Of a DNA stretch of 57,417 nucleotides, positions 37,414-46,397 are shown piece by piece. The number at the start of each line of letters is the position of its first letter. The stretch's first letter is position 1. The DNA is from a virus (taxonomy: Duplodnaviria > Heunggongvirae > Uroviricota > Caudoviricetes). The DNA lies in the IMG/VR virus record IMGVR_UViG_3300028454_000679, one strand, 5' to 3'. Both the position numbers and the translations under genes were made by a program. The notes beneath the pieces are model-generated. The model ran no database searches. It was not told the origin of the DNA and worked only from the letters and a program-made list of their open reading frames with translations.

Positions 37414-39066
37414 TTAAATATTGCTGTTCATACGTTTGATTTCATTAGCAAAGGTGCTCATGATATCATGACCACCAACATGTCCATTGGTAGTGATGTT
37501 CGGTGAAAGCATTGCACGAAGAGCTTCCATCGGGTTAGCAACCTTCTTCGGTCCTTTTGCTCCACCGTTTCCACCACGGGAAGTAAGACCTTTGATACGT
37601 GCTACGAATACATCCTCAGACAATCTAGTAGCCTTAACGAAGTTTCCGTAAACAGAAAGTGGTCCGTCCGGAGCCTCGATGTCGGCTGTTTCGTATACGA
37701 AACGAGTTGTCTGCTTCTCCTCGTTAACTTTCTTGGTGATAATTGGGAACTCAGTTGCGATAACTTCATTCTTCTCTTTATCATCAAACTTAACGTACTG
37801 CATAGGAGCACCATCACACCAGTCAGCAGTGTACTTACCATCCTGAACAGTGATGTTATGCATTGAAGCATTCTTAATCTGATCAAGCTGCGGAGCCTTT
37901 GCAAGCTTAGAAGTCATAATAGACTCAATGGCAGTAGAAATATACTGACCAGCCTGAGCTGCCGGAACAGTTCTGTAACGTTTAACCGGGAACATGTTAG
38001 TTCTAGTAACCTTACGATTATCCTTGTTCGGACGGCTTACATTCAAACGGTAGCGAATAACAGGTCTCTGTGTATCCTCATCCAGCTTTCTGGTTTCAGC
38101 AACAGTTACGATACCGGCATTTTCGCCCATAATATCCTTGGACTCTTTAATTTCTCCACCATAGTTCCAGAGAAGGTTAGCAAATCCCTGCTCTAAGCCA
38201 AAGAACTGAACTTCCAGAGTATCACTCTTGGACTCATCAATCTGCGGAACATTGCCGCTGCCTACATAGCTCAAAGAAATATTGGTCTTTGCTGGTGTAC
38301 CAATAACCAAAGCTTTGATCTTACCTGGAGCTTTCTCAACAAACGCAAAAGATTTTTCCTTTTCACAGAATTTAGCAGGAATAGCCTTGTTAGCATTTCT
38401 TGCCTCAACAACCTTTGCTTCATTCTGGTATTCCGGCAGAACGACACGCTGACCGTTAACTTCCTTTACCTTAGAAGCCAAAGACATTTTAACAACCGGC
38501 TCTGATTCAGTGATGTATCCAAACAACACACCCTTTTCTCTGTTGTTCTCCTGAGCGATAGGATTGCTTACCTGCTCAACGTTTCCAATTGCACTGGAAA
38601 TCTGATTATCCATAGCTGCTTTCACTGCTTTGTTAGCTTCCATTTTGGCTTTACGAGCTTCTTTCTCTGACTCAGAAAGTACCTTGCTCTGTTTTAACTG
38701 CGCTAATTTTGCGTTGATATCTGGCATTCTATTGCCCTCCTTCAAAATTTTTTTCTTTTTTACCATATTCAGTTGTCTGTTTACAATTTGCATAACACAA
38801 AACTCACTTGTCCGAAGTTTATGTATGCAGAGAGTGTCATCCTTACACGAGTAAACTGTTCTCGGATTCTCCACACTCTCATTAGAAGCTATTGCAATCC
38901 AGTCACTTCCTTGTTGTACTAGAATGCCTTCAAGATTATCAATTCCTTCAAAACTACTAACTTCAGTCGCATTCGGCAAAGAGTCTATTTCACTCAAATT
39001 CGTTGCTAAACATCCGAACTCCTGAAGGTTCTTCAAGGTGTATTTCATCTTTCTTGCTCCATTCAT
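37414..39066 (-). CDS. hypothetical, probably abundant protein (strong internal start at 38727, MPDINAKL)
   Basis: Open from 39066; AAGGAGG RBS before the ATG at 38727; own terminator; visibly biased codons (CGT, AAC, TTC, CCG). Confidence 0.8.
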   Translation of the reverse strand: MNGARKMKYTLKNLQEFGCLATNLSEIDSLPNATEVSSFEGIDNLEGILVQQGSDWIAIASNESVENPRTVYSCKDDTLCIHKLRTSEFCVMQIVNRQLNMVKKKKILKEGNRMPDINAKLAQLKQSKVLSESEKEARKAKMEANKAVKAAMDNQISSAIGNVEQVSNPIAQENNREKGVLFGYITESEPVVKMSLASKVKEVNGQRVVLPEYQNEAKVVEARNANKAIPAKFCEKEKSFAFVEKAPGKIKALVIGTPAKTNISLSYVGSGNVPQIDESKSDTLEVQFFGLEQGFANLLWNYGGEIKESKDIMGENAGIVTVAETRKLDEDTQRPVIRYRLNVSRPNKDNRKVTRTNMFPVKRYRTVPAAQAGQYISTAIESIMTSKLAKAPQLDQIKNASMHNITVQDGKYTADWCDGAPMQYVKFDDKEKNEVIATEFPIITKKVNEEKQTTRFVYETADIEAPDGPLSVYGNFVKATRLSEDVFVARIKGLTSRGGNGGAKGPKKVANPMEALRAMLSPNITTNGHVGGHDIMSTFANEIKRMNSNI

Positions 39067-39114
39067 GATTTTATACTACACACGTACAGAAAAGTGCGTA
39101 TCTATTTTCAAGCA

Positions 39115-39735
39115 CTAAGATACTATTTCAAGCATTTCTGCCTTTTCGAGGGACCTAATAATATCGACAACATCATCCAAGTTGGGTGTTATTTCTAAAG
39201 TAACAAGCCCTGGTTTAGTTGTATAGGTACATGACTCGACTTCATTGTGATTACTTGAAAACGCAACAAAATTCTGTGGTGCATTAAACTGTTTAATAAA
39301 GGTTTCTGTAAGCATTCGATTCTGGTCAGTGTTTCTTACACCAGAATCGAGCACAACAAGAACATACAAATCTGTTGGACGTACTAAGTGGCAGATAGGC
39401 TGCTTAACAGCTTCCTTATATTCATCAAGCATAATAGAACTTAAGGAAATACTGTCATCTCCAGACAACCTAAAAAGTGCAGCTAGCCTATCATCAACGT
39501 ATGTTTCCTGTAGAGCTACATCCAAGTCCAAGCCAACCAAGGAGACAGACTGTAAATTACTTATAACATCAGACATACTCTCCACTACAGAGTTAGACGC
39601 ACTTACGGGATCTATAGGGTCTGTGGATAGCACTGCTACTGCCTGTAAAGACTGAGCACTCATAGCCATCCCTCTAATAAAGTTGGCAATAATATTCTCA
39701 CGATTATGCTCAACTTTTAACTGGTACTTACTCAT
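39115..39735 (-). CDS. divergent RNA polymerase alpha subunit N-terminal-domain-like protein (no CTD)
   Basis: Colinear blocks match RpoA: NIIANFIRGMAMS~TLGNSLRRILLS; SVVESMSDVISNLQSVSL~GVVEDV..IILNLK.L.L; QPICHL~LHIATL; LDSGVRNTDQN~QRGRGY.PAD.N; FVAFSSNHNEVESCTY~IPIDSIYTPV..V.Y; LVTLEI~KLTLEV. Confidence 0.6.
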   Translation of the reverse strand: MSKYQLKVEHNRENIIANFIRGMAMSAQSLQAVAVLSTDPIDPVSASNSVVESMSDVISNLQSVSLVGLDLDVALQETYVDDRLAALFRLSGDDSISLSSIMLDEYKEAVKQPICHLVRPTDLYVLVVLDSGVRNTDQNRMLTETFIKQFNAPQNFVAFSSNHNEVESCTYTTKPGLVTLEITPNLDDVVDIIRSLEKAEMLEIVS

Positions 39736-40241
39736 TTGACGCTACCTCCAAAGTTTAACTTTTCCATTTCTAGAATAATATTGTATATCGTTGTATAGCA
39801 AGTGATCTTGTTTTGTAAATCATCACGATTCGTTACATATTTTGAAACAGCAACCATACTATCTGATTGATAGTTTCTAGTTTCAAGAACACTCGTATTT
39901 AACGGTATCTCTTTGTTCTTATAAAACAAACGAAGTTTTACATCATACAAGTTATTAGCCAAGAACCCAATCATATCTTGATAAAATTCATACATTACTC
40001 TTCGCAGAATAGGTGAATCCTCAAAATGTGTCTTAACGAGAATATAGTAATTATCAGGATTACGATTAAAAATAGTATGGAAAGTTGGAGCAATAAGCTG
40101 GCTCTGTACATAATCCTCGAAATGTATCTCAAACACTCCAGAAACAGACCAATCCTCTAATAGATTTTTAGACTGCCTTAAAGTTTTATCCAAGGAGGAG
40201 ATGAGTACAATATGTGAGATATAATTAGGCTCTACTCTCAT
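39732..40241 (-). CDS. hypothetical protein
   Basis: 169 aa; ATGA-coupled to the alpha-like gene. Confidence 0.75.
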   Translation of the reverse strand: MRVEPNYISHIVLISSLDKTLRQSKNLLEDWSVSGVFEIHFEDYVQSQLIAPTFHTIFNRNPDNYYILVKTHFEDSPILRRVMYEFYQDMIGFLANNLYDVKLRLFYKNKEIPLNTSVLETRNYQSDSMVAVSKYVTNRDDLQNKITCYTTIYNIILEMEKLNFGGSVK

Positions 40242-40244
40242 ACA

Positions 40245-41258
40245 TTAAAACTCCCTTCCAAATAAATTTATATCCTGTACAGTGTAAGCATCAGGATTAA
40301 TATTTCTATCAACTGCATAGGTACCCGAAGCAACACTTAAACCTGCCTGCTTAATAGCCTCCTTTTGTGCATCCGTCAACATCTTTGGTACAAGGTTTAG
40401 TACCCTAAGAGTCTTTTTATCATTTATCATAGACAAATAGGTCGCAAAGGCATCAAGATCCACATCATAAGTAGGTGTAAACAGACTGATACTTTCTGGT
40501 TTCTTTGCAGGTACAACCAGCTCCTTATTTCTCAATACATCCTCTACAGGTAGGGACTCATCCCAAGCAAGCAAAGTTTCAACAAGCAAATCAGATTCCA
40601 TAGCTGTTGATTCATAATTGTAGATACCATTCTGCATTAAAACATCACAGAAATCCCTGTACACTTTGTAAGGTTGTTTTACGCTTATAGCGGGTATCTT
40701 ATCGGAAGAACACCCACAAATAATCTTGTAGAGAGATATTGTATTGTAGAGTATATCCTTCCCCGGGACGACACCAGTTCTAAAGTTATTGTAGTTAACA
40801 AACTTACCCTGCGAACTGCATGGACACAACTCGCCATTAGGCCAGATGCTGTGTGCTATATCAGCATCATTAGTAATAATGCTGTAAAATGTGAAATCAT
40901 CATGAAATTCCTGAACATACCAGTCAATAACATCATCCGCCTCAAACCCATTATGCTTCGCACACAGTATCCCACACCCTGGTAGGTAATTGTATGCAAA
41001 CTCTAACTGTGCATAAACTGCTGGTGCTTTTGGTCTACCAGACTTGTACTCTGAATTTCCACTGCACTTCTTGGAGTGACTATCAAAGACTAATACAAAT
41101 GGTTGTTTACAGTTAATAGCCTCTGCAACATACCGGTTAAGGTAAATAAGACCACCAACAGGCATATTATAGTAAGTTAAGTCGCGATAGTACGGTGAAT
41201 TCATTCCAGTGTGTACAAGGGCAGATACGTCAATTAACCTCATTTTAAATCCAAGCAT
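40245..41258 (-). CDS. 5'-3' exonuclease / flap endonuclease (PolI N-domain-like)
   Basis: LIDVS, LVFD, YKSGR, GFEADDVI, ITNDAD, CG.SSDKIP. Confidence 0.88.
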   Translation of the reverse strand: MLGFKMRLIDVSALVHTGMNSPYYRDLTYYNMPVGGLIYLNRYVAEAINCKQPFVLVFDSHSKKCSGNSEYKSGRPKAPAVYAQLEFAYNYLPGCGILCAKHNGFEADDVIDWYVQEFHDDFTFYSIITNDADIAHSIWPNGELCPCSSQGKFVNYNNFRTGVVPGKDILYNTISLYKIICGCSSDKIPAISVKQPYKVYRDFCDVLMQNGIYNYESTAMESDLLVETLLAWDESLPVEDVLRNKELVVPAKKPESISLFTPTYDVDLDAFATYLSMINDKKTLRVLNLVPKMLTDAQKEAIKQAGLSVASGTYAVDRNINPDAYTVQDINLFGREF

Positions 41259-42256
41259 TAAAGATCCTCCCCTATTGGTGCAAGGCTATCTAAGTAAGCC
41301 TCTAATCTTTCTGAGATGTAATCAGCAATACTTACTGTTAAGGCAGATTCTTCAAAGCACTTTTTGTAAAATTCAGCTGACTTATCGCATAGTCCGTAAC
41401 AGCCCAATGCAAACAATTCATCACAAGCTAAATCAAAGTCCGTAACGATATGTTTGATTGCTTCCCTAGCACTTACAGTAGGGCAGTCGACAACACTTTC
41501 AGACCTTCCACCATAGTGGCAGAGGGACTTAAACTCATCGACAGTACTCTGTAATTCTTTTCTTCCTACATTCGCAACATCCTTTACACGCTCTAGCACC
41601 TGCCGCTCAAAGGCTGTATTACTATGAACATTATAAACTTGTGCTGAATCAACAGAGTTCTGCAAAAGGACAACAAGGCTCTGTAAATCCTTGAACTTCT
41701 CTCTGACCCTGATAAGAATGGCACCTGTTGACTCTGAAATCTCCAAAGTCTCTCCACTGCCCAAAGCTACCTTAGATGGCAAAGAATAGGTGATACCATA
41801 AGACTCACAGACAGTTGAGTTGTCAGCTACAGTAGGCTCCATATTCTGAAGAACATACCGCTTTACAGCATTAAACCCACTACCAACTTGCAAGCCCTCG
41901 CTTTTGGCAAATTGAGCAACCTTCTCGACAACATAGTTCACATCAGCAAATCTGCAATAATTCTGATAGTCCGAAGTCAGGACAGATGCAAGCACGCCAC
42001 CCACAAGTTCCTTTACTTCATCATACTGTAAATCTGCAATAAGACGCTTGTCTGCGAACTTACGTTTAAAAGAGCTATTGTAAGTCCAAAGTGAGCCAGT
42101 GTCCAGTAAATTGTAAGCCTCGTCAATAAGATTCTTTGCAACACGAACACTCTCGTCTGTATTGGACTTCAACACATCAGATGCTACTGCTACTAAATCA
42201 ACATCCTGCAATACCATATACAATAACGTAATACCTTTGTATGAACCAAATTGCAT
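41258..42256 (-). CDS. hypothetical protein
   Basis: GGAGGT RBS before MQFGSY; mostly helical; no motif recognised. Confidence 0.75.
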   Translation of the reverse strand: MQFGSYKGITLLYMVLQDVDLVAVASDVLKSNTDESVRVAKNLIDEAYNLLDTGSLWTYNSSFKRKFADKRLIADLQYDEVKELVGGVLASVLTSDYQNYCRFADVNYVVEKVAQFAKSEGLQVGSGFNAVKRYVLQNMEPTVADNSTVCESYGITYSLPSKVALGSGETLEISESTGAILIRVREKFKDLQSLVVLLQNSVDSAQVYNVHSNTAFERQVLERVKDVANVGRKELQSTVDEFKSLCHYGGRSESVVDCPTVSAREAIKHIVTDFDLACDELFALGCYGLCDKSAEFYKKCFEESALTVSIADYISERLEAYLDSLAPIGEDL

Positions 42257-42257
42257 T

Positions 42258-43463
42258 TTATAATACCTCCATTTGGACAATAATTGCGGTTTTAGTCTTT
42301 GTAAACTTCTCAGCATACTTAGTAAATGTTACTGAAGGATTAGCGAATCCGCCATCAAGTTCCTTATCGTAAGACACGCTAGCACCTAAATCCTGCAACT
42401 CAACAATGCATTGCTGTCTAATAGATGCTTTACTCAGTTCACAGTAAACAGTCAGAGTACCATTCTCCCAAAGCAAATGAATATTCTTTGGATTAAAGCT
42501 ATAGAGCTTATTCAACCCATCAACAACATTAGCTGATATCTCAGTAGGCGACTCTGCTTCCTGTTGCTGCTGCAGCTGCTGTGAGTATTGCGAATAGGTT
42601 GCATACAGACTATCTAGCTGTGCACTGGTAGAAGTCAGCTGTCCATTGAAGTAATAATACGACCCAAAAGCTGCACCCAGCACAAGAAGACACACTGGGA
42701 TAAGGAAAGGAACCTTAGATGGTTTGGATGCATAAGCTTTCTTACTCTTTACAGAACCTTTCTTTGTTGGCTTCTTCTGCTTTTTCGATTTCTTCACAGG
42801 CTTCTCAGGCTCTTGGAAACTAGACTCAGCTGCCTCTTCCACTTCAGGAGGTTCTACTTCCTCTGTGATTACATTCTCTATGTTAATATAGTTCACATTC
42901 TCACTTTCATCTGTAAATGAAAGCAAGTAGAAGTGCTGTGCTTGAGTTGAATTTACAGCCGTAACACCACCATACTCTTGTAATGACAGGTCTGAAATAT
43001 CAGTGATTCCATGTCGATTCATAATAGTGATAATGTCATAGGAGTCTGCTTTAACAGGGTACAACTCAGATGGTGCCTGTGTACACACAATAGCGTACAT
43101 TGTCCCACATACCTTATACAGAATAACTGTGTCGTGCATTTCATTCAAAATTGACAAAGCATCAATAAAATTGTACTCCTTCACATGAAGCTGTTTAACA
43201 AGTGACTCGATACTCCTGACAACGTCAGGGTCACAGTTAGCATGCACAAGACCATAAGAGTTAACAACAGACACTCTACTTGTCACTGGCTCAGTCTTGA
43301 TAATAATAGACAGCTTGCTGATATCCAACTCAGCCAGTGTTGCATAAATATTATCAAAGAGCTTCATATCCCTTTGAATATCTTTGTACAAAACTAAAGC
43401 ACCTTTGACTGTAATAGCCAAGGTGCAATACGAAAAGTCAAAAATGAGATAAGCCTTTATCAT
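42258..43463 (-). CDS. putative PilM/PilN (GspL)-like fusion
   Basis: Cytoplasmic N-domain starting YLIFDF, charged linker, one TM, coiled coil and small periplasmic-type domain; downstream of the PilB-like ATPase. Confidence 0.45.
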   Translation of the reverse strand: MIKAYLIFDFSYCTLAITVKGALVLYKDIQRDMKLFDNIYATLAELDISKLSIIIKTEPVTSRVSVVNSYGLVHANCDPDVVRSIESLVKQLHVKEYNFIDALSILNEMHDTVILYKVCGTMYAIVCTQAPSELYPVKADSYDIITIMNRHGITDISDLSLQEYGGVTAVNSTQAQHFYLLSFTDESENVNYINIENVITEEVEPPEVEEAAESSFQEPEKPVKKSKKQKKPTKKGSVKSKKAYASKPSKVPFLIPVCLLVLGAAFGSYYYFNGQLTSTSAQLDSLYATYSQYSQQLQQQQEAESPTEISANVVDGLNKLYSFNPKNIHLLWENGTLTVYCELSKASIRQQCIVELQDLGASVSYDKELDGGFANPSVTFTKYAEKFTKTKTAIIVQMEVL

Positions 43464-43888
43464 AACTTAATGGTCACCTCCATACTCTTATCTGTCTGTG
43501 TGGTGGAGACAACCCCCTTAATTTTCATAACCTCAATAATAGCAGCCTTGTTGATAACCTTACATCTCACATGTACTTCCTGTCCCTGTGTTATGCTCCC
43601 TAATGCTGAGGCATCCTCAATAACATTATCTTTGCTGCCTACAAAAATCTTTGAAATTTCTATACCTGCAACAGCTGTCATTTCTAAATAGGTGTCATAG
43701 TAAGATGTCTTGTCCTCTGTTGCAGCTATCTGATTCTTACACATGTCAATACTCTGCTCTAGTGAGGCTAAGGACTTCTTTGCAATATTAGTCTGATTCA
43801 TAGAATCAATAGACTTATACCCAAAGAAACCTGAAGCACCAAGTGCTGCTACACAGAGCACTCCCGCAAAAACATTTATAGCTTTCAT
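43460..43888 (-). CDS. putative PilO-like bitopic protein
   Basis: N-terminal TM, coiled coil and short beta domain; in the PilB operon. Confidence 0.4.
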   Translation of the reverse strand: MKAINVFAGVLCVAALGASGFFGYKSIDSMNQTNIAKKSLASLEQSIDMCKNQIAATEDKTSYYDTYLEMTAVAGIEISKIFVGSKDNVIEDASALGSITQGQEVHVRCKVINKAAIIEVMKIKGVVSTTQTDKSMEVTIKL

Positions 43889-43896
43889 ACACCCTC

Positions 43897-44145
43897 CTAG
43901 ATAAATGTAATATCCTGATCACTATCGAGTTCTACCCCAATAAGATCATTAGGTTGAATTTGCGATGCATCCTTTATTCCTTGCCTTACACTAGCAACAA
44001 GATTACTTACATCTTCCAAATAATCTGCTGAAGCCTGATTAGCACACTTAACTGGTGAGCTAAGTGCTTTCTTTACAAGGAACGATGTTAATTTATCATT
44101 TGGCACAGTGTACATCAGATTTACATTTAATAAATAATTTAACAT
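43897..44145 (-). CDS. hypothetical protein
   Basis: AAGGAG RBS; 82 aa. Confidence 0.7.
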   Translation of the reverse strand: MLNYLLNVNLMYTVPNDKLTSFLVKKALSSPVKCANQASADYLEDVSNLVASVRQGIKDASQIQPNDLIGVELDSDQDITFI

Positions 44146-44155
44146 AGTCTGCTCC

Positions 44156-45724
44156 TTATTCCAAATAATTCAAAGTATCTAATGGTAGCTCACCTATAGA
44201 AACATCCTGAACAATATAATCCTCCAAGGACTGATGTGCATCACTCACAGCCTTATGAAGAACATACTCCATCTCGTAGGGCTCATTACACTTTAGCAAC
44301 GCTGACTGTAAATCAGAAGTAAATATAAGGTGCTCAGCGTAAGGCTGTAACTTCCCATTGGCTAATCCAGTGCCATTACACTTCTCACACCCCTGCGCTA
44401 CAGAAACATACTCCTTGTTATACTTTTGTAAAATACTTGAGTACTTCTTTGGTAGTGTATCAACTGCTGTACGTGTTCTACAATGTGGGCATGTCTTTAC
44501 ACACATCTTCTGATTAACTACACCGTTTATTTGACTAATGACGTCCTTATAGCTATCGCCGTAATACTCCTTCAACTTGTATGGTACATGCCACAGTCGG
44601 TTAACATGCATAGTTGTAATAACATGAGCGGAACTGTTAATAAGGTCAAGCACCGCGAAGGCAACAGACTTGTCAGGAATCTCGTTTAGGAAGGCAACAT
44701 TGATATCCTGCTTCTTTGCAAGCCTTACAGCATTGGCTAAAACACTCTCATCGCCCAAGTAGTCAATTTGCGTAAATGGCATAAGAACTTCAATAGGTGA
44801 TTCGTAACTCACAATCTTAATACCTGTATGCACCATCTGGTTAGCCATAGCAAAAGCCGTAGTATTCTTACCGGTACGAATGGCACCTGTGATAAGAGTT
44901 AACCCTGCCTTGCTATGTGATAGTTCTTTTAAATCGTTCTCAATAGCAGCAGTAAAGCCAAGCTGCTCTATATTCAAGCTAACAGTGGCTTTAGTCTGTA
45001 AACGGCAAACATACTGATACCCATCCAATACACGATTAGCAGAGATACGAAGTTCCACACTACCATCACCTAAAATATCAGTAGCATTAGCAACGACACC
45101 AGAGGGGTCTAAAAGGTCTATACTACTGATAGAAGTATCATGCTCAATAAGACTACTTATAATAGAAGAATTAAGCCCCTCATCAATCTTAAACAGATTA
45201 CACGGAACTAAGTCCAAACCTATTCGAAAGTTTACAGTGTAAACTGGTTGCTTATTAACATGTAATACATCAAAGTGAACATCCGTAGCATGCTGTGCAA
45301 GTGCTTCATAGATTATCCGCTGAAAAACCAATGTAGAATTAAGAATCCCGACAGTGCCCCGATGCATATTGTAGTCGTAAGGTGTTACACACTTGAACTG
45401 AATATCCTTACCATGCAGACGTGTCAACTCCAATTCAATTTCTACCTCATTGATAGCTTGCAAATAATTGTAATAGACGAACACATCAGTTTCAGTTACT
45501 ACAAAGAAGGCATCCCCGAACTCTTGGGCATCTACTGGCATTGTCACAAAAGTGCTATCCTTGTACATTTTTCTAAAATACTGCAGCATAGTCTTGTGGG
45601 ACACATACTTATACTGCTCCAGTGCAGAAAGTACATCTGTATCCTCAGTTATACCAGCTATGTTTAACAAGTTAATAACACTCTGTGAAATGCCCAATTC
45701 ATTAAAATTAAGCATCAGCACCAC
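44156..45724 (-). CDS. PilB/GspE-family traffic ATPase
   Basis: ATDVHF, ELRIS..V.DG...VCRL, LITGAIRTGKNTT, SYESPIE, QDINVAFLNEIPD, AHVITTMH, CPHC...CEKC tetracysteine motif. Confidence 0.88.
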   Translation of the reverse strand: MVLMLNFNELGISQSVINLLNIAGITEDTDVLSALEQYKYVSHKTMLQYFRKMYKDSTFVTMPVDAQEFGDAFFVVTETDVFVYYNYLQAINEVEIELELTRLHGKDIQFKCVTPYDYNMHRGTVGILNSTLVFQRIIYEALAQHATDVHFDVLHVNKQPVYTVNFRIGLDLVPCNLFKIDEGLNSSIISSLIEHDTSISSIDLLDPSGVVANATDILGDGSVELRISANRVLDGYQYVCRLQTKATVSLNIEQLGFTAAIENDLKELSHSKAGLTLITGAIRTGKNTTAFAMANQMVHTGIKIVSYESPIEVLMPFTQIDYLGDESVLANAVRLAKKQDINVAFLNEIPDKSVAFAVLDLINSSAHVITTMHVNRLWHVPYKLKEYYGDSYKDVISQINGVVNQKMCVKTCPHCRTRTAVDTLPKKYSSILQKYNKEYVSVAQGCEKCNGTGLANGKLQPYAEHLIFTSDLQSALLKCNEPYEMEYVLHKAVSDAHQSLEDYIVQDVSIGELPLDTLNYLE

Positions 45725-46397
45725 CTTCTATTAAATACTTAGCATACAAAGTCTCGAATAGAGATGGTGATTTAGCATAAATATCAGAAAGATCTTCCAC
45801 CTCTGCGTTGTACTTTGAAGCAATCATTCCTTTTCTCAATCGCTCTAGTGTACTTTTGCCAGTTACTTTTTCATAAAGCAAAGCGCTCTGGTATGAATTA
45901 GTATTTACGACTGGCTTCAGCACCTTTAAAGCATCTGCACTTAGTAGCTGATGTAGACTCTGTCGTGGCAGTCTTGAAGCTGTAACATCATTTACCTCCT
46001 TCAATTTATAAATCTGCTTTTGAACAAGAATACTCTGTACACACTTGTTTACAACATCGTCTGTTAACAACTCAAATGGCAGTAATGTAACATTAGGCAC
46101 TTTAGCTAACGCAGCTTCAATAGACTTATTTTCTAAAGAATTAAATGCCACAGTCACCGGAACATTATAAATGGATTGGAGTGTCTTCAACACTGGAAGA
46201 CACTCCTTCAACGTAGCTTTATCTATGACAGGGTCAACTATAATACACCCAAGTAAATTGAGCTTATTTATACATGGCAGATTCTTTAGTGCGCTTACAC
46301 CTGAGCCGAAAAGGCACAATTCAAGAGAGTACTCAGGCAGCTGTTCCATAAAAGCATCTAAGTACCCCGCACTAATAACAATCAATTTTCTAGTCAT
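45708..46397 (-). CDS. hypothetical protein with a receiver-like N-terminus
   Basis: KLIVIS...FGSGVSALKNL...CIIVD pattern resembles a pseudo-receiver. Confidence 0.65.
   Translation of the reverse strand: MTRKLIVISAGYLDAFMEQLPEYSLELCLFGSGVSALKNLPCINKLNLLGCIIVDPVIDKATLKECLPVLKTLQSIYNVPVTVAFNSLENKSIEAALAKVPNVTLLPFELLTDDVVNKCVQSILVQKQIYKLKEVNDVTASRLPRQSLHQLLSADALKVLKPVVNTNSYQSALLYEKVTGKSTLERLRKGMIASKYNAEVEDLSDIYAKSPSLFETLYAKYLIEGGADA

Noticed and set aside
39732-40241. Possible second alpha/Rpb11-like subunit (EDSPILRRVMY)
   Set aside because: Only one short block resembles RpoA, which is not enough without a structure search.
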